Below, piece after piece: positions 25,301 to 39,300 of a stretch of 64,000 nt of DNA. The number at the start of each line of letters is the position of its first letter. Position 1 is the first letter of the stretch. A program made the translations under genes and the position numbers. The notes beneath the pieces were generated by a model. It did no database searches. It saw only the letters and a list, made by a program, of their open reading frames with translations, and was not told the origin of the DNA. The stretch comes from Antedon mediterranea (taxonomy: Eukaryota; Animalia; Echinodermata): the NCBI RefSeq assembly GCF_964355755.1, contig NC_092672.1, positions 5,208,001 through 5,272,000 on the forward strand. Reading direction: 5' to 3'.

Positions 25301-26977
25301 AACAAAAAAAGAAAGAGAGATATTATATGAGAACACAAGGTTTTTATGTAATCCACATCGAAACACTGCACAAGTAGAAGCTAATGCACGTGCTATGGCT
25401 AACAGGGCTGCTATGAAGCAAGGTAAAATAGGCCATGATGGAAAAGAAATTTTAGCATCAGAGACGCCAAAGGTTCAAGGTTACGGATTTGTTGCAGCAC
25501 CTTCTCCGGTACCAGGTACATTGCTTATTCATTAACAAGATTTTTGACAAAAATTTGTTTTAGCTTAAGTTTTACTTAAGTATATAAAATGATACCGTTT
25601 TATTTCATGGACTGTTCATGGAAAGTCCCATCTGAAGGACGAGGAAATGAGGCTAATACACTGTGATTTTCATTTTTTAGGTGTTCATGATTCACCGTTG
25701 ATGACATGGGGTGAGATAGAAAGCACTCCAATGAGGATAGATGGTTCACAGACACCTGCATCTAAAACACCTGGATTTAAGGTATGTAAATCACATCACA
25801 TACACACCTTGTATCATTATTTGTATAAATACAATTTCCTCTCATTATCAAGTTTATATATACAGTACAACACCTTTTCATGTGTTTTATGTACTGTATT
25901 TAAAACAAGTAAGATTTTTTCTGACATTTTAGATGCCAAAGAACCCAAAACGAGAAGAGTTAGCACGGTCATTAGTAGAGAAAAATGCAAAACAGCACCG
26001 AGCAAAAAAGGATGCCGCTTTGAAAAAGGTCACACAGAGGCTTACAAGGTGAGAAATACAGATTTCCTCAGATTAATAGAAGTTAGTTATGATTTGTACT
26101 TTTTATTTTCATAAACCAAGTCAAAGTTCCAAATTAGTAATTAATTAATATTAATTCTTAATTTAAATTTCATTATGAACTTTGGTAGTTGCTTGGGATT
26201 GGTAAGCAAGATAACCAGATACAATGCCATTTTCAGTATAATATTTATGTGTACAGGACCTTCAGTCATACATTTTTAGTGGGAGAGATAAAATATTAAT
26301 ATCGATCCAACCAAGTGTCCTTTTGGTTCAGTTGTCCCCTGAATAGAGGTTGACTGTAGTGTTAAAACATATGTTTCTCCTGGAAAACTGACCTCTTAAT
26401 ATATGATCGGGTGGCTCCTAGGCAAAAATCAATTAGTACGTCTAAAAGATGCCTCATGCCAAATTTGGTGCTTTTTTCCACCGTTTAATGATTAAGTCGT
26501 TAAGCCACCTGACTAATATGATAAGGTGGTCCCTGACTAAGATTTACCACCAGTACTACTGTACTGTAAAATTAAAGATACATTAACATATCTATTAATA
26601 TTTCTCCTTTCAGTCCAAGTTTTGGTTCGATGAACTCTGTAGAAAGAATACAAACATTGTCCCCAGCAGCCCAGCGTCTTGTCAACAAACGGCTAAAAGG
26701 TACCGATAAATCGCTGAGGGCGAGCTATACACCATCACCAAGAAACACGCCAAAAACTGATAAAACGCCTATTTTACGAGCTACACCAACACCAACAAAA
26801 ACACCTACAGGTGTACCTGTTAGAACACCTGGTGGGAGTACACCTGGTGAGAGAACACCTGGTGGGAGTACACCTGGTAGTGTCGCAAGTTCCAGTTCTA
26901 GTCTTACTGACAATCTCCTGAATTTACCGAAGCGTGATATACAAAATACCCGCAATAAAGCTACAGATTTCTTTTAA
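22396..26977 (+). CDS. ESS2: Splicing factor ESS-2 homolog (DGCR14/ES2)
   Basis: Phase-consistent exons 22396-22512 (KVLDEEAYI), 22742-22913 (LEKIIQRDFFPDL), 23886-24044 (TPATFETP), 24991-25515 (SLDRYL..YTSEDNASF, WTYKAKNSLMYVPDG, GYGFVAAPSPVPG), 25681-25781 (SPLMTWGEIESTP), 25933-26048, 26614-26977 (LSPAAQRL, LRASYTPSP, SLTDNLLNLP, KATDFF*). Confidence 0.95.
23080..23180 (-). mobile_element. tRNA-derived SINE head adjacent to the tRNA-Gly-like sequence
   Basis: On the - strand, A box TGGCTTGGTGG and B box GGTTCAAGTCC, followed by GGATTTTTT. Confidence 0.55.
23192..23262 (-). tRNA. tRNA-Gly(CCC)-like sequence, probably a pseudogene or SINE head, in ESS2 intron 2
   Basis: GCGCTGC CG GTAT AATGGTA TCAT G CAAGA TTCCCAT TCTTG CGAC CCGGG TTCGTTT CCCGG GCAGTGC A folds into a 71-nt cloverleaf with anticodon CCC. 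It has C8, a D-stem mismatch and T58. Confidence 0.75.
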
Positions 26978-27237
26978 AAAAGGTCTAAATAACGAAATAT
27001 TTGTAAATATTTTGTTGATGATTATTTGGTCATTTGATATACTGTACATATAATTTGTAGTCATGTACATTTGTTTTTATAAATACAGTAAATATAACAC
27101 TGAATAAAAATATACGTAATTGTTTTTTGTCTTTTTAAAAAAGATATTTATTAAGATTGTCTTATACGTACGCACAGTATAGATTTTTATGAACAAGTAA
27201 ACTTTAATTTGGCATTTTAAGCGTGCCATACAAAGTG

Positions 27238-27245
27238 TGACGTCA
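27238..27245. promoter_or_regulatory. Palindromic CRE in the putative PP2C promoter
   Basis: TGACGTCA ~90 bp upstream of the ATG at 27333, inside the ~355-bp gap after the ESS2 stop. Confidence 0.4.
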
Positions 27246-27332
27246 TGGTTTTTGTAGGCAGTCTGGAGCAGCGCGACTAGGCTTGAAGGTTTTGTTCAAG
27301 TTTGGTTTTGTTGATTCAATTCTTCAGCAGAC

Positions 27333-30300
27333 ATGGCTGAACCTCAGCGACAGGATTGCTCTGTAAACAGAGCTTTTCTAGAGGAATTTGTTGCTAATCA
27401 TTCGGGTCCTTTAAATCCCGATGAACCTTTGCCTATTAGATTGGTAACATACTACCTTACAGATGATGAAGTGGAAGGTGAAGTTGTTGATTGGACGTTA
27501 GAATATTTGCGGAAAAAGTAAGAACATTTCGACCTTCCCTCTTCTGCTTTCCTTTTGTAGTGGGCTAGCCGCCTATCTAGGCTAGGTAGGGCTGAGTGAG
27601 TATTTTGCATGATCTCGACCCTGGCCTGAGTGAGCTTAGCTGATAAGGCTGTCCACTAGCCTAGACAGTTACGGAGACTACCAGGCCCGTCTAATTATTT
27701 ATTGCAATTTAATCATTTTATTAGTTCAATCATTTTCTGTTGATTTGTATTATTAAAATTAATTATTTTTTTTAGGACAGTGTGTGTTTGTCATACCAAA
27801 AGAAGGGCCAGGCTTAATTAGGCCTAGGCCTTAGGCCTACTTATTTATACTAACTTAACTAGGCTAGCCTACTAGCCTAGGCCTACTATTTATTATTATA
27901 TTAACTTGTAATTCATTACTGTACCATATGAATTATGATGTACACAAAAACATAGCATGTTGCGTCCGTATTATAACATTAACTTGTAATTCATTACTGT
28001 ACCATATGATGTACACGTCCGTATTATAACATTAACTTGTAATTCATTACTATACCGTACGTACGTACACACACATAATAGCATGTCATGTTGCGTCCGT
28101 ATACTATAGTAGTCTACTGCCTGTCTGACCTATGCATAACCCACCAAATTACTGATCGGGCCCACCGAATGATCAGAACCCATCGAATAACATAATCAGG
28201 CCCACAACAAAAATCCATAATCTATTAAAAGTATTAGTTAAATTGTACAATACTGAACCCACAGTACCTAGACTACTACTACTGTAGGCCCTAAACCATC
28301 TAAATAATCTAGGCCTAATCCAATTTCTGTCTTTATTCCCTCCGGTATCATCCAGTACAACAGGAAGTCAAGAAGATAATTTTATCTTGTAATTTTTTAG
28401 ATGTTTTTATATGAATGGTTTTATGCTATATTTGTTTTTATTGTGTTTTCTTTGTTATTATGACGAGCAATGAATTTCCTTTTTGAGGATCAATAAAAGT
28501 TATCTTATCTTATCTTAGTAACTTAGAAAAACATGCTGATTGCTGACAATTTTATTGCCGATAAATGATGATGTATACAGTATACCTTGCCTAATAAAAT
28601 AAGACAATCAGGCCTAATAACTGAAAGTGAGACAATTAGAACAAAAAACAATTAACGTATCCCAATTTCTGTTCGCCTGTGTGAAATCAAGCATTTAACT
28701 TACTGTAACAAAATCCTAATAATTTATTTTGGTCATGAAGTATTACAGTATATCTAGGCCAGCCTAGGTTTAGATATACAGGGCTAGATTCCACTGAAAA
28801 AATGCACAAACTAAACCTTATAAAAATAAATATACTAGCATTGTACAAGATACTGTATGCCATAATTTATGACGTACTGTACCTTGTGTTTTGATAGGTG
28901 AGTCAGAGATGATTCAAATCTTGTCACTACTGAGTGTATTGCTCCCATGACAAAAGTACAGTTTTTATTACTTAGTATAGTACAGTTAGTATACAACTGA
29001 CTAAACAGTATGAAAGTAAAGAAACACCTTTTAGTCATTGCGTGTCATACAACTTTTAGTTGGAGAGATAAAATATTAATATCGATTCAATGTAAAGTAT
29101 ACACTACCTGCATAAAATTTGTCCAAGTTTTATAGTTTATTCACAAGATAACAGTTTAAATTTATTTTATTCATTTGTGGTAATGGTATTAATTGTACAG
29201 TACGTCAGTTAATTTAGATAATATTTGTGGAGATACACTACACTACAGTATTATACAACATTGACCATTGTGGACAAGCTCTCCATTACTTTGAGACACA
29301 GTTACCAATTTTATAGAGATCTAAAGGATCTCAAATAATTTCTATCTCAAATAATTTCTCTATATAATTGTAATTTTGAAAAATGAATCATACTTTTGTC
29401 CATACTTTTAAACCAAAACTAAATTTGTCTGCTATCATAAATTGCATTTAGCTTAAACAGTATTCTATGTGTTGAATAAGACTTTCAGAGCATGTAATTT
29501 ACATTGTATGCTGTTTTACAGTGTCTTAATGTAGTTAGTAGCTTAACAAAATAAATTAACACAGTTTGATTACTATCCCGTAAACTGTTAACAATAAGTC
29601 TGTAGAATAGTGGTACAGGACTCTTGTACAGTTAGTATTACATTGTATATTGAATAAATATGTGTTAAGCTCTGTCTACACTATCAAAATAGTTTGGGTG
29701 GTGTGCCCAAATTTGGTAGTGATATTATAGACCAAAGGGTTATGGAGATATGGCCAATTGGTCGCCATTTGGGGCTGTTACCATGGTTATGGGATTGTGA
29801 AAATTTGTTACCTAGCATTTTTGGTATCTTAGCACCATAATAAAGTGAAATCAAGTGAAATCTCACTTTGGGCATTAAAATCCTACGGAAATACATGAGG
29901 ACCCTGACTATATACAGTATGGGCATATCACATTTTTTCTCACATAAACTGTATGTGAGAAAAAAAAGTTAAAGCTCTGTCTACACTATCAACCTTTATG
30001 ATGAAGTTTGATAGTGTGGACAGAGCTTTAAAAAATATTACTTTTATATAGTATTTGGAAAAAGGCTGTTGTTATATTGTACTTAAAAACTGTACCTTAG
30101 CCACAGAGTGTCCATTTATAAGTTCAGATCATTAAATTAATGATGTACTGTACATACAGTACTATATAACACACAGTTTTAGACATGTGTGTCAATAAAC
30201 ATAAAAAAGTCTTTATTTGTTCTGGATCCAGGACCTTTAAATGACATTAAAATGTTTGCGGAACCTCATCAATTGTGAGTGGGTGGGCGCAGCTTTGTGC

Positions 30301-33300
30301 AATGTGTGAACATACACAATGGTATAAAAATAGAAAGCCGAAAACCTTGTAATACTTAAGTAAGGCAGAGCTATAATAATCTTCTGTACTTCAAAATAGT
30401 AGCACACCTTAAAATGGACCTTGAACAAAAAATAATACAAAAAAATTTAGCAAAAATGCTGAATTTTGCCAATAGCAAGCAAATTCATTTTGTCTTAACA
30501 ATACAGTACAATAGTCCAACTTGTTCTTAAGAAAGAGACTTAATACAGTAAATACAACGTCCAGTATTTAAGCTAAAATATACAAGTACAGTAACTATCA
30601 GTATCAGTATTATTCAGGAATAGCAAATTTAATTTGTTCATGTCTGTTTGGACATTGATCCAAGAGATACTGTAGTTATAGCAAGCAAAATATGTCTGTC
30701 TATCTCAATATTTAAATTAATTGTTGTTGGACCAATTTGTTCAAATGACTTTAGAAATCGCACCAGACAACCAAAGAATGCCAATACAGTTATTTATTAC
30801 CGACTGATAATTATAGTAAGGGCTAAATAGTATAAGGAGGTTTAAATAAACAGACAATATTTATTAAATCTAGTTATTATATTATATGATATATATGAGC
30901 TGTGCCAAGGATGGGGACGCATGGTGGAAATTTAATAATGAGAAGACTGTCTTGTCTGCCACATTTTTATTCCATAATCAAAATAAAAATTGTTTTATTT
31001 TTTAACACATTTCTACAGCTTTACTTTAAAGATGTATTATCCCCCAAAAAACATAAAAAATAAAGATTAATAAAATCAGATTTTGAATCGGCCATTTTGC
31101 AGTTTTAATAAAGTTTCTGTAGAAAAACAATATCATTAATTCAAAATTAAATTTTAACCAAAAAAACATTTTTTGCTTTAAATTACATTTTCTCAGGAAA
31201 ATAATTTTTTGTTTAATCCAGTTTTTGGTCAAATAACTATTATGTGACATTAAAATGGTATATTCAACAAAAACAAACAAATTTTTTTTCAAATATACCT
31301 TTTAGTATATTTTATAGGTAGCATGGAGGAATTATTTAGAATGCCTTCATGATTTTAGTGAACCTACTGTACTAAAATGATTAATGATTTATGTAGTCAC
31401 TTGGTACATTAGGTGATGAAAACAGACTATTCTGACCATTATCTTAATCGCACACCAAGGTGAACATACACAGTAGTCAATAAATTGTAAACAACATGAC
31501 TATATTTTATATTACTATAAAATGACAATGATGTTATTGCTGTATATGGCACGCTAATCGGTTAATCATCATTGCTATCAAAACAAGATATGAACAAGTC
31601 TTTTTTATGATGAATTTATAGATGATAGTAACGCTTGGTGATGTAGATACTAATGCTGTTATTAGCTTGCTAATTCACTAAATAGAAATTTAACCATAAA
31701 CATAGTGATTTATCCATGTTTTTCATAAAATTATATACTACTACTACAGACAGTAGTACTGTATGTACATTACAATAAAACATGCAGATTGAAGTATAGG
31801 TTTCTCTTAGTAGAGGATCCTGGATTTTAAGCAGGATTAAAAAATTGTACAATGTGCAGAGTTTACAGTAGAAAATACTTGTCAAGAGTGGATTAAATTT
31901 TGTATCTCTTTTCTATACTATTACTAGTACAGTACTACAGTACCAGGATGAATGACAATATACATATCTATAAAGTTCAGAATTTAACTTAATATTTTGT
32001 ATGCGTATACACTGCCCAGGGACGAATCTAGTAGAATTCCGTAAACGAGGAGAACTACATTAAGATGTAATTGTAACAAAAATATGTATTAATTGTACAG
32101 TAGTCTGTCAAAAGCTGGAGCGTGCGCACCTAATGCTATTCCCTGGATCGGGCCCTGCTGTAAACATGTACAGTATGCATCTGTACATTTTTACAGGATA
32201 GCTGGTTTAATACAGTACTGTATGTTTAATTTAGTTAGCAACACTTGTAAAGTCTTTTTAAGAAACCATGTCCTTATTCATCTAGACAGTGTGTTGAACT
32301 GCGATAACACAGCGTGCATTCTGAGTGAATGATGTTTAGACTGGAAACCATTGTTGGATATTGACCAAACCTTTTGTTGTTATTAATACCCATTGTATAC
32401 TTGCTCAATATTGTAATTCTACAGTTTAAGATGTCTGTCCCTACATGGTTATTGGATCTCAATTCTATTGTGAATGACATTTAGATTGTACATGCTACTA
32501 CAGTATGTATAGAATGTGCAGTGCAACTGTTGTTATACTTATACAATGTCATACAGCTTTATTGACTGTACCTACTGTGGTTAAAGTTCTCTCTTTGTTT
32601 TGAGGTGGCTCCTGATGATTCAGGTACAAATTGTATGTGGTAGAACTGGTGGGTGGGTTTGATACTTGGTACAAATCCTGCCCAAGTCTCAGAATAAACC
32701 CTTTGCTGCTCTTTTGTCTTTTGTTCACTTTGTTCTCTACCAGTACACCTAGTCTTAATTCCAGATTCACTAGTTACTATATTAAAGTTATTACCTCAGC
32801 CAGAATGGCGAAAGATTATGATTGATCGTCGTGTGTGTTTGTTTAGCTATAGTTAGCAGGATTACTTAAAAAGTTATTGCATGATTTTCATAAGATTTTA
32901 AAGGATGGTTTCATATAGTACTGTAGCTGTATGGGAACATGTCATTTAATTTCATGCCTGTAGGCGGAGGTTAGAGTGCCTTTCTTTCTAGTCTAGTTAT
33001 ATTTTTTAATAAACTATACATTTATGCAGAAATATTGTTATATACTGATTGGTGTTATATTACTTTTGTTGCAGTAATGCTCCTGGGATGCTGGCTCTGG
33101 CAATTGCAAGAGAAACAGTTGATGCAGTCCTGAAGGTGGATATGACATCATTCTTTGAGGAAAGACAAGATTTTGAGGAGACAAGCCTTTGTAGGAATCA
33201 TTTTTAAATTTTTGAACTCATTTATTTATTCACAAATTAACAAATAATTAATCTATTCCGTGCCTAGCTATACCTGGATAAACCGACAAATGCCATATTC

Positions 33301-36300
33301 TCCTCAATGAGCAATACAGGTACTCGAAAAGTAGAAAATTCATTGAACACCCAAGTGTGAACGAATTAGTGAGTGGGGTTACACTTAGAATGCATTATTG
33401 TAACGATGGATTTATTCAATCTTGTGTCCACTTAGCCTAGATTAGAGGGTTGGGATATACTTGAACACTGTCTTTACTACTGTAGGCCAACTATACGGTA
33501 ATACATAGTATGTACAATTAAAGATATGCGCATAAAATCATCTGTAACTATTAATGGCTATTTTAATACAGTATTTATGTATTCATTGGATTTATAAAGA
33601 TAATCCTTTATTTTTTATTTAAGAAAGCTAAATTGAATTTAAAAGAAACTGACTACTATATGGTTTTGGTAGCTTACTGTGTATGTTGGACAAAGCCAGT
33701 ATACACAGTTTGTTTGTACTTTTATTAAGATGAAAAATATATTTGAAAGAAAACTGTTTTTATTTTCTTTAGTAATCTGTGCAGACAAGGTTGCAAAGGT
33801 TGTGTTTAACAAAGTGCATGAGATATGTGAAGAATGGAAGGATAACCCCCCAGCAGACTACACCCCTACCCCTAAAGTATCAACACACGCCATTAAGAAT
33901 ACACGTCGTAAGATGGAAGATAAACATGTTACTATACCAGATCTCAACAAGCTGGGAAAAAAGGTAAACTATCTTTTATAGTAGATCTCTTTCTTTTAAG
34001 TACTTTATTTCAGGGGACACCCCAATTAAAGGGATAGATTTATGTGATGGGCAATATATGTAAAGTATTATGGGACACCCCTAATTAGGGGAAACTTTGG
34101 GGGTCCCTAATGTTCCCCTTAATTACTTACTGTACCTGTAGGGAATCTTCTGTGAATTGTATTTCTGATGCTAATAAAAAATATTTACTATATATAAACA
34201 GAAACAAATCTATATCTTTGGATAGGACATCAATTGGCAAATAAAAAAAAACCAATATTTTCGGATACGAATATGATTAAATACTGCAATTTACCAAATT
34301 TATACAAAATACTGTAAATACTAGGTAAACTGAAAGATGTTTATATTTATAAAAATATACAGTAAATGTATTTAAAACTCGCACTGCAACATTTTTTTTT
34401 TATCATTAAAAGCATAATACATTGGTAAGTTCAAGCTGATACATTTTATTTTTTAGCAAGTAATGCATAATAAAAATATACAGTACAGTGTACATAGAAA
34501 CCAATGGTGAATTAATGAGTTGGTTCTCTATATGATTACTTTATTTTTTCTTAACCGCAGGTTAAAATCATATAATTTGTAATGCGGAATAATGAGAGAT
34601 TTATAACTTAATTTATTAAGACCTTGAATTATGTTTGATAATATTGATTAGATAGAATGTCATTGTCAGTGATGTGTTAATGAAGGTTATCTTCTGTGCC
34701 TACTTGTCAGCAGAATTTGTTCTACAGTATATTTAGATAATTGAAATGAGAAAATGAACTCTGACCTTTGCCAATGTCTGTTAAAGGGTGCTACTTTACT
34801 GTAGTAATGAAAATTGATATCTTTTTATTGTTTGTAGATTCGTTTTAATATTTGGAAAAAGGAAATATTGAAAAAAGGATGCGACTGATTTGAATTGATT
34901 TTCATACAGTAGAGCATTTAAAATAACACATTGAATGTAATTAATAGTATTAGCCTAATTTTAGAAATATGGCAAAATGATATTGAGAAACAGAAATGTC
35001 CCCATAACATTCCATTAAAACTAAACTGAACCAATACAAACGAAGATATTAATAAGCTATAAATGTTGTATAATAGTTTCATGTATAGGTTTTGATTTCT
35101 GTGTTATTATTAAAGATACTGTAGAAAGAAGAACCTTTATTAAGGAGGACACTTCCAAACCCAACAAAGTTCCCCATAAAGCTCTGTCTACACTATCAAT
35201 TTTTTTGTGAAAAAAATATGATGTATATGCATTATGATGATGTCATATCACTACCATATTCTTGGGCACATCACACTTTTTTGGTGAAACTAGTTTGATA
35301 GTGTAGACAAAGCTTTTATACTGTAGTGGTGTTCCCTGGATACATAAGGGTAAGCAGTAGTGGTAATATATACATTTCCCCTCATTCATAGTTAATGTGT
35401 TTTCTTTACTATAATACAGTGTGTGTTCTCTGAATAAGATTTCTTAAAAGAGAGGTTCTTTACTATTTAGTAAAATATAAAAATTTCAACAGTACAGTAT
35501 CATTGATTTTGGTTTTGAAATTATATAATATTTGTATTATGGTTTTAAAATTAGGTGTATTGTATAATACATACATGCTACATTACATATTAATTTATTC
35601 AGGATAAAAATTTGCTTTGCTATTTAATGAAAACCTTGTTTTTATAAACATGCTTTAAACTTGCCCAAAAGCTGCATTCCAAATACACAAATCCTTGTAT
35701 GCATTTACTAGTATAGGTCATCATATATAAATGCTTGCAAGCCAGAGATACTAAAGATTATTTAATCATAATTTTTTGATTTAAGAGTTCTTGAAGATTA
35801 AATCCCAAAGCGTGCTCTAACACAAAGTTCTATTTCATGATTTTGGCCAGGTCATTAGTTGTATATTGTAGCAGTTTTAGTACCAGGAAATTGAATCATT
35901 TATTAGCTTTTCTGACATTTAATGAGCATAGGATTAACTAGCTGAACCTTTCCAAGACAGTTTCTGTAGTTTTTGCATGAAATATCTAGCTACCCTGGAA
36001 TCCCAGGTCCTTTTTTATCTAAAAAAATCATCATTTATATTACAAACTTCATTTTGGATTACTAAAGTCTATCGTATGTGTTTAGCATATTTATGTGCAA
36101 TCTATCAATTTTCCTAGCTTATAATACTAGTAGAGTACTACTAGTTTTTCCATCTAAAATATTGGCTTTAGTTTGAGGTAGAATTATGGAACCATTTTCA
36201 TATTCATTAATGATCACCTTGCCCATTCTCATTATTTTGAGGTAGAATTGTGTAACTATTTTAGCCATACCTTGTAATGAACATATAAACCATTGTCATT

Positions 36301-39300
36301 ATTTTGAGGTAGAATTGTGGAACCATTTTCATATTCATTAATGATCACCTTGCCCATTCTCATTATTTTGAGGTAGAATTGTGTAACCATTTTAGCCATA
36401 CCTTGTAATGAACATATAAACCATTGTCATTATTTTGAGGTAGAATTGTGGAACCATTTTTAGCCATATCCTGTAATTAATAGCATTCTGATTGAATTTA
36501 ATCAATTTTCCTAGCTTAATGCTATTTTTTCTATCTAAATTATTGCCATTAATATTTTATTTAATCATATCATAACAATTTTGTATTACCATTTTAGCCA
36601 TATCCTGTAAATTGGCATATTGTCATCATTTTGAGGTAGAATTGTGGAACTATTTTAACCATATAATAAACACCAACGTAGCAATCATCAATTCTATATT
36701 TCCTTTTTTAAGAATTACTGTTAATTGTTTATTGTTCAAAAACATTTAATTATTAATATTTTAATCACATCCTGTATATTTCCCATAATTACTGTATTTG
36801 AATTGTGGTCTTGTTCAGGAAGGCTCTTGCGGTGTATAGTACACTTAGCTTCACATATTTCCTAAATGCCTAACTTCCTTGTGCCATGAATTGGACAACC
36901 TTATCTGGCCAAAATAAAACAAAAAAACACTGAAATTTATTGTACTAACTGTATATTGTAATTAAATTCCTCTGTGCAGTAAATTGTTTACATAATTAAT
37001 TTGCTAAAAATGTGTAATTATTGTAAACATTTTAATCTTATTATACATAATTTGTTCAAAAAGTTTGATTAAAAAATTTTTCTTTCTAAAGCAAAACAAC
37101 AATGTGTCACCAGTGGGTTTCTACGCTGTATACGATGGCCATGGAGGCATTGACGCATCTCATTATGCTGCTACTCATCTTCACTGTCACATCGTAAGCC
37201 ACCCAGAATACGCATCTAATAAGGCAGAAGCACTGAGAGCTGGTTTTACGGTAACAGATGACAAGTTTGTGGACAAAGCCAGACGAGAGGTTAGTATATC
37301 TAGGGTTCTGACCAGTATGGCAGGAGTGGCGGTCAGCGACCAACCCCAGGGGAGGGGTATTTTTCATGCATTATCCTTAGCACATGACATGATGAAAAGA
37401 AAATATGGTAATACAGTAGAAACTATGGTTGAATTGATATTTACAGTATATTTATACTAGGTAACCTCTTCAGTCAAAGACTGGTCTCCCATAGGGCCCA
37501 GTTGGTGATCAGTGGCTGTGATGTACTAATACACCGGGGTAACCACCTACTCGTCTCGAAAGATGTACTAGGTTCTTTAAAGTGCACACGAGCTAGATGT
37601 GTACACTGGACCTACGGTTTATAGTCCTTATCCGAGAAGACTCGTTCTACCACCAGAACCATGGAGTGAGTGAGCCTCGAACCCCTGCCGATGTTATTGT
37701 TATGGCTACGTAATTACGGTTCCACTGTCTTAACCGCTCGGCCACTCACTCACTATGGTGACATCCTGGATCCAAAAAAGTTCACCTTAAAAGCACAATT
37801 ATAATCTTTTCAATCTAATCTACAGTATTGCACAAATTCTTAATACAAATCTTGCTTGTCTCTTAACACAAGTTCGACTTTAATTCTCTGACATGCAAAG
37901 AACAGTTTTCCATGTATCTCTCTCTGTTGCTGTATCCAAGGCAATCTACTGTAACAAAAGGAATTTGAGGTCGCCTTGCCAAGATAGGAACTCGTAACTT
38001 ATGTCTGGCTGCGACAAATACCAACAGTACTATGTACATATTCTCTGTGTCAAGGGCCGTTGTACTGATCATGTCGCAGCCATAGATAAAACCTTTGATC
38101 TCTGGAGCTCAGTATCCTGTTGTTAGATGGCATTGCTGTATCATATCAGATGAAATTAATTTTTTAACAATTAAATTGTGAAGTCTAGATCTGCTACTAT
38201 CTTGCCATCACTTCATATTGGTTAAAAATTAAAATGTTTGTTTTCAGGGCCTACGAAGTGGAACGACTGGTATAGCCATGATCCATGATGAAAACATGTT
38301 GCATGTAGGCTGGATAGGTGACTCTCAAGGCCTTGTTATGAAACAAGGAAAAGCTATTACAGTTATGGATCCTCACAAACCAGATAGAGAGGTAATATTT
38401 TGGTTAAGTTTTAACTGTAAGATAGTTTATTTAAGATACTGTATATCAAACACATTCATTCAAGATGATCTTAAGCTCTGTCTACACTATCAGTGGTGAT
38501 GTGCCCAAATATGGTAGTGGTATGTTCAAATATGGTAGTGATATGACATCATCATGTACATACTGTATATGGGCACATCACATCTTTTTGTCACATAAAG
38601 TTTGATAGTGTTGACTGAGCTTAAATCACATTGTTGTTGGCTTCTTTTCTGGCAACTATTAGTTCTTTAAAACAACAATTGCTGTACCCCCTCTATTATA
38701 CTACAGTATATTTATATTGGTTTTTTTTTTTTTAAATGAAGTACTGTACTATATTCTGGTTATTTTTATGAATGACATTTTGATATTTCAGTGTTTAGTT
38801 TATTTATCAATATTTTGTTTTGTTCTTTTTTGGGGGAACAAGGAGTTACTATATTCTGGTTATTTTTATTAATGACAATTTGATATGTCAGTGTTTAGTT
38901 TTATTTTCATTGGGATTGGGGAATACCTTGATGTGTCAAGATGAGTCATAGGTCTTTCTTTATCAGTAGTCGGCTGTGAACTTCCTTTTATCTCATGACT
39001 CATCTAGATCTAATCACAAATTGACATATTCTATCTTAAGAATACTACAAAAAAAAGAGCAGAATAAAAACAAATTGAGGCAGACATAATTTGTAAAATT
39101 AATGTTTTTGAGAATAGCAAAAAAAAACCAGTTTATAGTTGTGATTAATTAAATGAGACTACTTTGAGTAGGTTATTTTCAAGTTTTAATAAAGTTAATC
39201 ACTTTTTTGATGACAGCCAATCTGATTATTTTTTTTGCTTTAACTTACCTTTTCTTCAGGTAAATCAATTTTTTTTCGATAAAATTTTTGGCCAAAATCA